From the IMG/VR virus record IMGVR_UViG_3300034779_000011, positions 1-53,704 of that record: a stretch of DNA of 53,704 nucleotides. One strand, 5' to 3'. Source of the DNA: a virus (Duplodnaviria; Caudoviricetes). Within the stretch, counting starts at the first letter, position 1. The number at the start of each line of letters is the position of its first letter. A program made the position numbers and the translations under genes. This document shows, piece after piece, positions 25,297-34,994 of the stretch. A model generated the notes under the pieces. It ran no database searches and was not told the DNA's origin. It worked only from the letters and a program-made list of their open reading frames with translations.

Positions 25297-27420
25297 ATGG
25301 CATTGAAGTCCGAGCTGGCGACGCTGGCTGTCCGCATCGTCGGGGACAACGACGAGCTCCGTCGCGCGCTCAAGCGCAGCGAGGGCGACGTCCGCACGTT
25401 CGCCAAAGCCACGTCGGGTTTGCGGGATTCGTTCCTCGGCAACCTAGCCTCCGATGCGTTCCAGCGAGGCGCGCGCGAAATCATTGCCTTCGGCCAGAGC
25501 GCGGCTCGCGAGTTCCTGGAGGCGGAGCGGTTGGGGAAGATGCTCGGCAACGCAGTTGAAGGCGTTGGTCAGAACTTCGCGCGCTTGGAGCCCCATATCG
25601 ACGGCGTCGTCTCGCAACTGGACCGCATGTCCGCTTTCGATGATGAGCAGATCACCGAGGCGCTCACCCGCATCATCGAGGTAACCGGAAACACGGAGAC
25701 TGGACTTAGGCTTATCGGGCTCGCCGTAGACATTGCCGCCCGGCGTGGGGACGACCTGGCGCAAACCGGGGAGAAGCTCGCCCGCGCATGGAACGGTCAG
25801 ACGCGGCCGTTGCGCGAGTACGGCGTCACCACGAAGGACGTCAACCAGGCATTCACTGAGCTGCGTGCCAACTTCGCCGGGGCGGCGGAGGCCGAGCTGC
25901 AGACCACGCCGGGCCGCATCAAGGAATTCGGAAACATCGTCAGTGATTTGAAAGAAGCACTTGCGGAGGTCGTCGCCACGTCGCCCGATGTGCGCCGCCT
26001 ATTCACCGATGTTTACGACGGAGCTACCGGGGCTGCCAGCGGCGTGGGTGGTCTGACGGAGTCCCTTGGCGCTCTGCTCGACACCATCTTCGACCTGCCG
26101 CAGGTGTTCCGCAACGCTGGGTGGACGACGAACAACTGGGGATGGCTGGGGCTTCTGACTGACCCACATGCAGAGGACCGCCTCGACAAGGCCTTCAAGG
26201 ACCGGCGCGCGCTCAACATGCGGCAGCGCGAGGCGCTCTCCGCAATCTCCCGGCAGACCAGCGTTGAGTCTCTGCGTGCGACCATGGAGGCGCTACGTCG
26301 AGAACAGGCGGCGGTGAGTTCCGTGGCAGAGCGCTACGGGGAGATCACAGATCTTCTCGGCGCTGCGAATCAGCGCATTCTTGCGCTTCAACGTCCTGCG
26401 CGGCCGGGAGGACGTCCGAACCAGCCGGGCGGCGGTGGGGGCGGCGGCGGTGGGCGCCAGCGCCCGGAGGAGCCCTTCGCCGACCTCCTCAAATCCGTCA
26501 GGGCCGAGCTTGAACACCTGAAGCTCCTCGAAGAGGCGGGCCACGCCAACCGCGACGCGCTGCGGCTGATGTGGGAGCAGGCGGCTCGCGTGAACGACCA
26601 GGTCCGAAAGCTTGGCGGTGAAGCTCCCGCCAACCTTCTGCGGGCAGCCGTGGATCTCCGCCGGTTCGTGGAGGAAGAGGCCCCGCGGCCGCTCGCCGAA
26701 ATCTCACTTACCCGCGGGCTGGCCGATGACAAGGCGCTCCATGCGCGCGGCGGCGCCCTCATCGGACATCAGCAGGGGGCGCGCGACGCAGCCAAGATGC
26801 GCGCCCAAGCGGAGGAGTTCCGTCGCATGCGCGAAGAGGTGGAAGAGCAGATGGAGCGGCTCGGACCGATCATCGACATGGCCGGGTCTCACTTCAGCGA
26901 TTGGGCGAGCGACGTCATCGAGAACAACCGCAAGGTCCTGAAGTCGTTCCGTGAGATGCTGACCGCCCTCACCGCGGACCTTGCCCGCTTCTTCATGAAC
27001 CAGGCGGTCCAGCAGTTCGGGCAGATGATCCTGGGTGCGGTGGTCGGGGGTGCATCGCCCTCCTCCACGTCCTCCCGGCTACCCGCGATCCTTGCCCCCA
27101 TTGATGGTGCGCGTGCGACGGGGGGCCCAGTCTCCGCCGGTGGCGCGTACCTGGTGGGCGAGCGCGGCCCGGAGCTCTTCCTGCCGGGTTCCTCAGGGAA
27201 CATCATCCCAAACCACCGACTCTCTCGGGGTGGCGGTGGCCGTCCGGCGGCGGGCGGCGGCGTGGTCAACGTTCACGTCACCGTCAACCAGAACGTCCAG
27301 GCCTGGGACGCCAGGAGCGTGTCTCAGATGCTGGAAGGCTCGCGCGACGAGATCGCCATGCAGGTGGCCCGGGCGATCAACGGAAGCGGCGCGGTGCGCA
27401 AGGCCATCCGGGGAAACTGA
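25297..27420 (+). CDS. Tape measure protein
   Basis: LATLAVRIVGD N-terminus, helical Ala-rich body, ARATGGPV...YLVGERGPELF. Confidence 0.93.
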   Translation: MALKSELATLAVRIVGDNDELRRALKRSEGDVRTFAKATSGLRDSFLGNLASDAFQRGAREIIAFGQSAAREFLEAERLGKMLGNAVEGVGQNFARLEPHIDGVVSQLDRMSAFDDEQITEALTRIIEVTGNTETGLRLIGLAVDIAARRGDDLAQTGEKLARAWNGQTRPLREYGVTTKDVNQAFTELRANFAGAAEAELQTTPGRIKEFGNIVSDLKEALAEVVATSPDVRRLFTDVYDGATGAASGVGGLTESLGALLDTIFDLPQVFRNAGWTTNNWGWLGLLTDPHAEDRLDKAFKDRRALNMRQREALSAISRQTSVESLRATMEALRREQAAVSSVAERYGEITDLLGAANQRILALQRPARPGGRPNQPGGGGGGGGGRQRPEEPFADLLKSVRAELEHLKLLEEAGHANRDALRLMWEQAARVNDQVRKLGGEAPANLLRAAVDLRRFVEEEAPRPLAEISLTRGLADDKALHARGGALIGHQQGARDAAKMRAQAEEFRRMREEVEEQMERLGPIIDMAGSHFSDWASDVIENNRKVLKSFREMLTALTADLARFFMNQAVQQFGQMILGAVVGGASPSSTSSRLPAILAPIDGARATGGPVSAGGAYLVGERGPELFLPGSSGNIIPNHRLSRGGGGRPAAGGGVVNVHVTVNQNVQAWDARSVSQMLEGSRDEIAMQVARAINGSGAVRKAIRGN

Positions 27421-27440
27421 AGCACAAGGAGGAGCCAGCG

Positions 27441-27650
27441 ATGCTTCGCGATTTACTGAGGCGGCTGTTTCGCCGCCGCCCCGCCCCGCCGCCGCCGCAG
27501 GCGACAGCGACCGTGCGATTCGACGATGTGCCGTGGGACGCTGACCGCGTGGCCCGGTTCCTTGAGGAACACCGGGACGCGGTGGCGGCGGCGGTCGCGA
27601 AGTGTGCCCGCGCCGGCGGGCCCGAGCGCCCGCAACCCCCCACGTCCTGA
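27441..27650 (+). CDS. Small free-standing paralogue of the TMP C-terminus
   Basis: AGGAGG RBS; WDADRVARFLEEHRDAVAAAVA vs TMP WDARSVSQMLEGSRDEIAMQVA. Confidence 0.7.
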   Translation: MLRDLLRRLFRRRPAPPPPQATATVRFDDVPWDADRVARFLEEHRDAVAAAVAKCARAGGPERPQPPTS

Positions 27651-27656
27651 ACTGCC

Positions 27657-28295
27657 GTGCCCTCCTTCCCCCGCACCCTGCTCTCGCGCGAACAGTCGGC
27701 GCTGATCGACATGCCCGCCGGCTTTCTGTCGGTGGGGCACACCGGGGGCATCCAGGCCAGGACCGGCAACGCCGTGGGGCGCACCTGGAGCGAGGAGTGG
27801 GGGCCGCTCAAGCGGGGCCGGCCTGAGGTGGAGGCGCTGCTGGTCTTCATCGAGGAGGCCGCCGCGCGCCTCGTGGTCTTCGACATCGCACACCTGCTGA
27901 CGCCGGGGTCGGGCCTGGCGAAGAACGGCGCGGCGGCGGTCGCTTCGGCCACGATCCTGGACGCGGGCCCCGGGAGCAATCAGGGCGCCACGATCACGCT
28001 TTCCGGACTGGGCCCCGCCGTCACGAACGCAATCCGCGCCGGCGATGCGCTGCGGATCGCGGGGCTCAACCCACTCTTCCGCTTCACCTCGGACCAGAGC
28101 AGCAACGGCGGCGGCGGCGCTACGGCCACGATCTCGCCGGCCCTGCCGGTCGGCTACACGGTGCCCAACGGCACCGTGGTCACGCTCTCCAACTGCACCC
28201 TGCGGGCGATGATCGCGGGCAAGCCGGAGATTCCCGCCGCGGGGCCGGACGGCTGGTACATGGGGCTGCGGGTCGCGTTCCGGGAGGCGCCGTGA
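27657..28295 (+). CDS. Distal tail protein
   Basis: Position after TMP; IRAGD...ISPAL...FREAP. Confidence 0.75.
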   Translation: MPSFPRTLLSREQSALIDMPAGFLSVGHTGGIQARTGNAVGRTWSEEWGPLKRGRPEVEALLVFIEEAAARLVVFDIAHLLTPGSGLAKNGAAAVASATILDAGPGSNQGATITLSGLGPAVTNAIRAGDALRIAGLNPLFRFTSDQSSNGGGGATATISPALPVGYTVPNGTVVTLSNCTLRAMIAGKPEIPAAGPDGWYMGLRVAFREAP

Positions 28296-28966
28296 CGCGG
28301 GCACTCACCTCCGGCATGGTGGCGGCCGTCTCCGCGGAGCGCAGCACGGCCGTCCACCTGATCCAGGTCTCGCACTCCGGCGGCACGCTCCGGCTCGCGA
28401 CCGCGCCGCAGGACCTGCCGTGGAACGGTTTCACGTGGGACGCCGTGGGCGGGCTGCTGGAGCTCGGCGCGGCGGAGGAGAGCCCTGATGGGGAGAGCCA
28501 GAGCATGGAGCTCACCCTCTCCGGCGTGGACACGGCGGTCATGTCGGCGCTGCTGGCGAACCAGGTGCGTGGCTTCGCGGCGTCGGTGTGGCTCGCGCAC
28601 GTGACCGAGGCCACCGGCGCGATCGTGGCCGACCCGCTCCTCCTTTGGACAGGCTACCAGAACGAGGCGTGGGAGATCGGTGAGGAGCCGGGCGGGGACG
28701 GGGCGCCCGGCACCTGCACGGTGCGCACGCGCGTCGTCTCGCGCTCCGCGCGGCTCGCGCATCCGCAGCCGGTGCGCGCCAACGTCACCAGCCACAACGA
28801 GCTTCTGGCCCGGGCCGGGCAGGCGGCCGGGGACACCTTCTTCCAGAACGTGCCGACCATCGAGGGGAAGCCGATCTACTGGGGCACCAACGCGCCGAGC
28901 GGACCCTCGCGCGGCGGGCAGACGCCGGGGACGCCGTCGGACACCGGACTGAGGCCATCGACATGA
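28292..28966 (+). CDS. Baseplate hub / gpL-like tail protein
   Basis: MTRALT...WNGFTW...LTLSGVD...GDTFF...IYWG. Confidence 0.8.
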   Translation: MTRALTSGMVAAVSAERSTAVHLIQVSHSGGTLRLATAPQDLPWNGFTWDAVGGLLELGAAEESPDGESQSMELTLSGVDTAVMSALLANQVRGFAASVWLAHVTEATGAIVADPLLLWTGYQNEAWEIGEEPGGDGAPGTCTVRTRVVSRSARLAHPQPVRANVTSHNELLARAGQAAGDTFFQNVPTIEGKPIYWGTNAPSGPSRGGQTPGTPSDTGLRPST

Positions 28967-29331
28967 GCATCGACAACGCCGTTCAACCCGCACTCAATCA
29001 CGACCTGTGGATTCGGGTCTTGGCTGGCGAGCCACATGAGGTCATCCTGGCGGATGCGGTGTTCGACTCTGCCGACGAGTCGTTTCATGCCAGGGCTGCG
29101 CTTCTGCTGTACGATCATCCGAAGGGTTTCACCTGGGATCACGTAACGGCGCTTCTCCAGTCGTCGGTTATCTACCGCGTTGGCGATGCTATGGAGGTGG
29201 ACGAAGTGGCGACGGCGCGAGTCCGCCAATGCGCGGGCCTGATCGCAGCCATGCTTCCGCCCCGCGACCTCCTGGATTGGTTCCCGGCGCCGACGCGCGA
29301 CCGCGCTCCCACACGGGAGCCCGGCCAGTGA
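28963..29331 (+). CDS. Inserted hypothetical protein
   Basis: Coupled on both sides; more A/T-ending codons than its neighbours. Confidence 0.6.
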   Translation: MSIDNAVQPALNHDLWIRVLAGEPHEVILADAVFDSADESFHARAALLLYDHPKGFTWDHVTALLQSSVIYRVGDAMEVDEVATARVRQCAGLIAAMLPPRDLLDWFPAPTRDRAPTREPGQ

Positions 29332-29753
29332 AGCGCGCCGAGAACTGGGACGTGCGCCTGCACCACTGGGCCGCCGGCCGCGTGGGCCGGCGCTTCGCAT
29401 GGGGCCGCACCGACTGCGCCTCGCTGGTGCGCCAGGCGGCACGGGTGATGTACGGCCAGGAGGTGTTCGCCTCGGTGCCGCGCTGGGCGAGCGCCCGGCA
29501 GGCCGTGGAGGCCATGCGCGTGAGCGGCGGAGTCCGCCCGAGCCTCCAGCGCCTCCAGGCCTGGTGCCTGCCGCTCGGGTTCGCGCAGAGCGGGGACGTC
29601 GCCGTAGGCCCGGAGCAGGGCGGCGAGGCGCAGACGGCCGTGGTCGTGGACGGCCGGGCGCTGGTCTCGACGCGGGCCGAGGGGGTGCGTCTGGTTCCCC
29701 TGTCGGAGCTGAGCGCGGGGGTGCTGCTCTGGAGGCTGCCGAGCCATGAGTAG
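29328..29753 (+). CDS. NlpC/P60-like tail tip protein
   Basis: FAWGRTDCA, AQSGDV. Confidence 0.8.
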   Translation: MKRAENWDVRLHHWAAGRVGRRFAWGRTDCASLVRQAARVMYGQEVFASVPRWASARQAVEAMRVSGGVRPSLQRLQAWCLPLGFAQSGDVAVGPEQGGEAQTAVVVDGRALVSTRAEGVRLVPLSELSAGVLLWRLPSHE

Positions 29754-32580
29754 CCCGCTCGGGAAGATCGTCGCCGGGGCGGCATTGATCGGGGTGCAGT
29801 TCATCCCCGGGGTGGGGCAGATGGTGTCGGCGGCGGCGTTCTCGCTGGGCGCGAGCTTCGTCGCCTCCGGGGTCGGCGGGCTCCTCGCGGGACGCCTTCG
29901 CGGCGGGCAGGAAGGCTTCCAGACCAGCGCCACCAGCGCCCAGGCGGACGTGCCGGTCATCTACGGCACCGTGAAGATGGCCCCCAACATCGTGGATATC
30001 CGGGTCGATCCCAACAACAACAAGATCCTCGCGATCGTCGGCGTGCTAGGGGTGGGCTCGGATGACGGCAACGGCATCCAGGCCATCGACGAGATCTACC
30101 TGGACGACAAGCTGGCCGTCTCGGCCTCCGGCGTGGTGCAGAGCGCCTTCGTCGGCAACAGCACGATCGACGGGGCGACCGCGCGGGTGCGGGTCGCGAA
30201 GTACATGGGCACGTTCGGCCAGAGCGTGGACGCAGAAATGTCGGCCCGCTTCTCCTCCACCGGCTGGCCCTCGTCCTCCCGCGGGCGAGGCATGGCATAC
30301 GTGCGGCTGCTCCTTACCTACGACAACGAGAAGTTTCCCGGGGGAATCCCGCGCATCGCCTGCGTGGTCCGGGGGCGGCGCGTCTTCGACCCGCGCGACT
30401 CCACGTGGAAGCACGCGGAGAACCCCGCGCTCTGCGTGCGTGACTACCTGCTGTCCACGCAGGTGGGGCTCGGGGCATCGACGGCCGAGATCGACGAAGC
30501 GTCCTTCGCCGCCGCCGCCAACTACTGCGACGAGACCCTCTCCGTGCCCGGCGGGGTGCAGAAGCGCTTCACCTGCAACGCGATCCTCGCCACCGAGCGC
30601 GCGCGCGGCCAGAACCTGAACGACCTGCTCTCCTCCTGCCGGGGGCAGCTGGTCTATCAGGGCGGCGTCTACCGGCTCTTCATCCGGCGGCCCACCACGC
30701 CCACGGCGTTCGCGCTCACCGAGGACAACATCGTCGGCAACTGGAGCTTCCGCCGGGCGGGGCTCAAGGAGACGGCGAACACGGTGCGCGTGGCGTACGT
30801 CGACTCCGGCAAGAACTACGTGGTGGAGACGGCCACGTGGCCCGAACCGGGCGCGGCGAATCCCTATCGCACCGCCGATAACGGCTTCGCCAACGAGGTG
30901 GACGTCGACCTGCCCTGCACCACCAACCGCTACGCCGCGCTGCAGATCGCCGAGGTGCTGCTCAAGGAGAGCCGGAACGATCTCTTCGTGAGCCTGACGG
31001 CCAAGGAGGCGGCGCTGCAGCTGCAGGTGGGCGACGTGGTGCCGGTCACCCACTCCACCCCCGGCTGGACCGCCAAGCCGTTCTGGGTGCTGGGGCTCTC
31101 CATCCGGCCGGACCACCTGGTGGAAGTGGTGCTCCAGGCCTACAGCGCCGACACGTACACGCTCTCGACTCCCACCACGACGGCAACGCTGCCGGGCGGG
31201 AGCCTGCCGGATCCGCAGAGCGTGGCGGCGCCGTCGGGCCTGGTGCTGACGGCCGACGCCACAACGGCGCTCGAGGTGCAGGACGGCATCCGCGTGCCGC
31301 GGATCCGGGTGCAGTGGACCGCCTCGCCGGAGCCGCACCTGCTGCGCTACGAGATTGAGATCAAGCCGACGGCTGGAGGGGTGTTCAACCTCTGCAACTA
31401 CGCGGGGCCGCAGGACACCGAGGCGTTCGTCCTCTCCGAGGTGAGCGCGGGAGTGGGCTACGATGTACGCGTGCGGGCCGTCTCGATGGTGTACGTCGCC
31501 TCCAACTGGATCAGCGGCTCCGTCACGCCCAGCACGACGGTCAGCAACTACGGCGGCAACATCAACAACGTCCCGGCGCCTACGGTGCAGGGGGAGGCGC
31601 GGACGGGCCGTCGGGGCGTGGGCAACGGGGCGCGTAACGTCCTGGTCAACGGCAGCGCGCAGCGCGACGCGGAGGGCCTCACCGAACTCACCGCCGTCAA
31701 TTCACTCACCATCGACACGGCAACGTTCTACCGTGGGGACCGCAGCTTCAAACTCTCGCATGCGTCCGCGGCGGACGAAGCGTGGGCCTTCCCGCAGTAC
31801 GCGGTGGCGGACGGCGATTACGTGACGGTGCGCGGCAGGATCAAGACCACGGCCCTACCGCCCGGCGAGGCTGGCGAGGGCGCGGCGCTCAACACGGATA
31901 TCGTCTCGGGCGTGTCCTCCCTCACGGTGCTGGAGACACGCAGCGCCGGGGTGTTCTCGTTCGTCGCGGACGTAGGCTTGCCTGCCGATGGCGTTGCCCG
32001 AGACTTCACCGAGGTTTGGGCGTACTTCCAGGTGAACGGCGCCGGTGTGCTGCGGCTCGCCATTCACCTGGGCTACAACGGCGCCCAGTCGGGGAGTGCC
32101 TGGTTCGATGATATCGAGGTGATCGTCGAGAGCCGGTACGCGACCGAGGGGGCCACCCGCTCCAAGGCGGGTCTCGCCGCGGGGACGGGACAGCTCGCGA
32201 GCCCGGCCAAGGGGCTGCCGTACTTCCAGGGCAACCGCGGCAGCGCGATCAAGGGCTACAGCGGGAACCTGATCTCGACCACCAACAACGGCGACGGCAC
32301 CGCCACCGTCTCGCTCGCCGCGCACACGCACCAGTTCGGCCAGATGGACGTCAACTATAACTCCGGAACCGTGACGCTCTCCGGCGTCGCGGCGCTGCAG
32401 GAGTGGTTCGTCTACACCGACGACCTGAACCTGGCCGGAGGCGCCGCCACCTACCTCGCCACGCAGTCGGAAGAGACGGCGAAGGCGGGCAACGGGCGGG
32501 TGTTCGTGGGCATCGCCGGGGTTCCCGCGTCCGGGGCGACGACTCCCGGCACCCCCGGCGGCGGAACCACGCTTCGCTGA
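29746..32580 (+). CDS. Tail tip / host-specificity protein (gpJ-like)
   Basis: VPVIYG, GRRVFDPR, NPALCVRDYL, AANYCDE, FN3-like and carbohydrate-binding-like C-terminal domains. Confidence 0.92.
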   Translation: MSSPLGKIVAGAALIGVQFIPGVGQMVSAAAFSLGASFVASGVGGLLAGRLRGGQEGFQTSATSAQADVPVIYGTVKMAPNIVDIRVDPNNNKILAIVGVLGVGSDDGNGIQAIDEIYLDDKLAVSASGVVQSAFVGNSTIDGATARVRVAKYMGTFGQSVDAEMSARFSSTGWPSSSRGRGMAYVRLLLTYDNEKFPGGIPRIACVVRGRRVFDPRDSTWKHAENPALCVRDYLLSTQVGLGASTAEIDEASFAAAANYCDETLSVPGGVQKRFTCNAILATERARGQNLNDLLSSCRGQLVYQGGVYRLFIRRPTTPTAFALTEDNIVGNWSFRRAGLKETANTVRVAYVDSGKNYVVETATWPEPGAANPYRTADNGFANEVDVDLPCTTNRYAALQIAEVLLKESRNDLFVSLTAKEAALQLQVGDVVPVTHSTPGWTAKPFWVLGLSIRPDHLVEVVLQAYSADTYTLSTPTTTATLPGGSLPDPQSVAAPSGLVLTADATTALEVQDGIRVPRIRVQWTASPEPHLLRYEIEIKPTAGGVFNLCNYAGPQDTEAFVLSEVSAGVGYDVRVRAVSMVYVASNWISGSVTPSTTVSNYGGNINNVPAPTVQGEARTGRRGVGNGARNVLVNGSAQRDAEGLTELTAVNSLTIDTATFYRGDRSFKLSHASAADEAWAFPQYAVADGDYVTVRGRIKTTALPPGEAGEGAALNTDIVSGVSSLTVLETRSAGVFSFVADVGLPADGVARDFTEVWAYFQVNGAGVLRLAIHLGYNGAQSGSAWFDDIEVIVESRYATEGATRSKAGLAAGTGQLASPAKGLPYFQGNRGSAIKGYSGNLISTTNNGDGTATVSLAAHTHQFGQMDVNYNSGTVTLSGVAALQEWFVYTDDLNLAGGAATYLATQSEETAKAGNGRVFVGIAGVPASGATTPGTPGGGTTLR

Positions 32581-32600
32581 CCCTTCTACCTCATCCACCG

Positions 32601-33020
32601 ATGCCCGCACCCACCCGGCTCCCGCGCGCGCAGGGACAGCACGCCGACGACCACCGCTTCCGGCTGAGCAGCGGGGAAGAGTGCGTCGTGAAACTCTTCC
32701 TCGCCGGCGAGCCCACCGACACGGCGTGGCCGATCCTCGTGGTGGCGGAGGTGGCGGAGTCGGACGGGAGCCTGGTGCAGCTCCCCGGCAACACGCACAC
32801 GTTGCCCGTGGAAATGGTCCACCCGGACCGGATCGCGCACGGGCAGGTGAGTCTCAGCCAGGAGAAGGAGCGGCTGGCCGCGGCGGCGGCCGAGCGGATG
32901 GAGCGCTACCTCCCGGCCGCGCGCCAGGCGCGCCAGATGCGCCGGCTGGCCGCGCCCGCGCCCGTCGTCCGTCCATCTCCGCAGTCGTGGCGTCTTCCCC
33001 GACTGGAGGAGGCACGGTGA
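32601..33020 (+). CDS. Hypothetical protein
   Basis: GC3 bias; coupled to the next gene. Confidence 0.6.
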   Translation: MPAPTRLPRAQGQHADDHRFRLSSGEECVVKLFLAGEPTDTAWPILVVAEVAESDGSLVQLPGNTHTLPVEMVHPDRIAHGQVSLSQEKERLAAAAAERMERYLPAARQARQMRRLAAPAPVVRPSPQSWRLPRLEEAR

Positions 33021-33730
33021 GGATCGACGTCACAGCCGACGCCCGCCAGGTCGAGCGGGCGTTCGGCTCCCTGGCCCGCGATCAGATGCCCTTCGCCACC
33101 AGCCGGGCGATCAACGCGACGGCGTTCGACGTGGACGAGGCCGCCACCCGGCAGCTGGCGGGCAGCTTCACCGTGCGGCGGCGCGACTTCGCGTCCCGCG
33201 CGTTCAAGCCCGGCCCCGCGGCCACGAAGACCCGGCTCCATCGCGACGTGAAGCTGGAGCCGCCGGGCGGCGCGCAGCGCGCGGACATCTTCGCCAAGTT
33301 CGAGCACGGCGGCGTCAAGAAGCCGCAGGGCACTCGCCTGGCGATCCCGGAGTCTGGGGTCCGGAGGACCAGGGCCGGCATTGTGGCGCCCTCGCTTCGG
33401 CCCCGGGCGCTGGACTTCAAGGCGCAGTCGCCCAACGTGCTGATCGGCAAGAACCGCACGGTGATGATCCGGACCGCGGGCGGCAAGGGGATCATCCTCC
33501 AGCGCACCGGCCGGGGGCGGAAGGGCAGGCGGGGCAGGCGGGTGCTGGTTTCGGACCTGCGCACGCGCAAGGTGAGGGACGTGAGCCTGAAGGTGCTCTA
33601 CGGACTCGCGCCGCGCGCGCGGATCGACGGCCGCCTGGAGTTCTTCCCGACCGCGGAGAAGACCGTGCAGACGGTGTTTCCGGAGCACCTGAAGCGAGAG
33701 CTGATGAAGGCGGTTGTGACCAGGCGGTGA
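33017..33730 (+). CDS. Minor tail protein, gpZ-like (basic)
   Basis: QMPFATSRAINATA; GGAGG RBS. Confidence 0.75.
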   Translation: MRIDVTADARQVERAFGSLARDQMPFATSRAINATAFDVDEAATRQLAGSFTVRRRDFASRAFKPGPAATKTRLHRDVKLEPPGGAQRADIFAKFEHGGVKKPQGTRLAIPESGVRRTRAGIVAPSLRPRALDFKAQSPNVLIGKNRTVMIRTAGGKGIILQRTGRGRKGRRGRRVLVSDLRTRKVRDVSLKVLYGLAPRARIDGRLEFFPTAEKTVQTVFPEHLKRELMKAVVTRR

Positions 33731-33791
33731 GATGGTTAGCTTTCGGGCGAAGAGGCGTGGGTGTGTCGGGCCGCGGCGGAGAAGCTTCCAC

Positions 33792-34199
33792 ATGCGAATC
33801 CTTCTGAGATCCCTCGAAGACTTCCGCGAAGCCTGCCGGACGCACCAGGCGATGCATGGCGTCGCCCAAGGCGTCCTTCGACGCCAACACAAACGCTGGG
33901 ACCGGGCTGAAGGCATTGCACGGTCGCTCTCACTGAGTCCGGAAGAGGTGTACGCCGGACTTGAGGCGGCGCGCGACGATGAGGCGCTCGTTCGGCGCGC
34001 GTCGAACCTGACGATGCGCCTGCCGATCCCCGGCGGCGTTCCGGCTGCGGTCTCTCTCTGCCTTCTGGACGCCGATGACTCGCGTATCTGCGAAGCCGCA
34101 GCGACCTGGTTCGCGTTAGGCGGGCACCAGAAGCAGTGCATAGGTCTGACGCCGTTCGTACGCGCCACCAGGGGGGGCTCGGCAAAAAAGGGGGGGTGA
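33792..34199 (+). CDS. Hypothetical protein
   Basis: ORF immediately upstream of the second late promoter; start uncertain. Confidence 0.5.
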   Translation: MRILLRSLEDFREACRTHQAMHGVAQGVLRRQHKRWDRAEGIARSLSLSPEEVYAGLEAARDDEALVRRASNLTMRLPIPGGVPAAVSLCLLDADDSRICEAAATWFALGGHQKQCIGLTPFVRATRGGSAKKGG

Positions 34200-34282
34200 C
34201 GGGCGCGCAGAGAGAGATTGTGCTGACCGGGTCGCCGGACGCCGCCGCCCCGGGAAGCGGTTGGCGCCCGCCCCCACGATTT

Positions 34283-34405
34283 CTCTTGCCAGCCGCGACG
34301 AACACGTGTAGTTTCCACCACATTCGTGTAGACGGGCGCCCAGAGCGCACCCGACCCGGTGGGGGTCCGAGCCGATGTTTCGGCTTGGGCCCCTGTTTCG
34401 TTTTG
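34283..34405 (+). promoter_or_regulatory. Late promoter + structured leader + intrinsic terminator, copy 2
   Basis: TTGCCA(34286)-17 bp-TAGTTT(34309); 34343-34393 identical to 15752-15802; hairpin followed by TGTTTCGTTTT. Confidence 0.75.
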
Positions 34406-34453
34406 CCAGTGCCCCCTTACCACACAAAACCTCCCGCGCAGGAAGCGCCGAAG

Positions 34454-34819
34454 ATGACGCCTGCCCGCCGGACCGCTTCGACATGGTTCAGCCGACTGCG
34501 CGAAAGCACGCTCACCATGGCCGCGGTGGTGGGCGCCGCCTCCGCGCTACTCACCATGGGTCTTAACAGCGCCGTGCGCGTGAAGGCGGTGGGCGCGCTG
34601 CCGGCGCGGGTGGACTCGATCAGCCTGAGCTACGTCAACAGGCAGGCGTACGACTCCCTGGCCGCTCGCGTGGGGGGGCTGGAGGAGGGGCAGAGGAAGA
34701 TCCTCACGCGCCTGGACGCGATCCACCGCCAGCAGCTCTACGGCGACTGCAAGGCCGGCGGCGACACCCTGCCCGATATCTGCGCCCGGCGTCACCTGGC
34801 GCCGGACCTCACCCGCTAA
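34454..34819 (+). CDS. Holin-like membrane protein (TM + coiled coil)
   Basis: LTMAAVVGAASALLTMGL followed by RVGGLEEGQRKILTRLDAI; first gene after the promoter. Confidence 0.5.
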   Translation: MTPARRTASTWFSRLRESTLTMAAVVGAASALLTMGLNSAVRVKAVGALPARVDSISLSYVNRQAYDSLAARVGGLEEGQRKILTRLDAIHRQQLYGDCKAGGDTLPDICARRHLAPDLTR

Positions 34820-34832
34820 CGGCAGACGCGCC

Positions 34833-34994
34833 ATGCAGTGGTGCGAGAAGACGGGGAAGCAGTGCCACGACAGGGCCGGGGCCAACCGGCACCGCGGCGC
34901 CATGCGGCGGCGGGGGAGGCGCCGCGCTCCGCTGGACGTCTACCGCTGCAAGCACTGCCGGGCCTACCACGTCGGGAGGAACAACCGCGCATGA
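34833..34994 (+). CDS. 53-aa Zn-finger protein
   Basis: Own translation: MQWCEKTGKQCH...YRCKHCRAYHVG. Confidence 0.7.
   Translation: MQWCEKTGKQCHDRAGANRHRGAMRRRGRRRAPLDVYRCKHCRAYHVGRNNRA

Noticed and set aside
15752-34393. The 51-bp repeat pair as att sites, CRISPR repeats or DGR TR/VR
   Set aside because: Only two identical copies, each in promoter-terminator context; no spacers, cas genes, reverse transcriptase or A-specific mismatches
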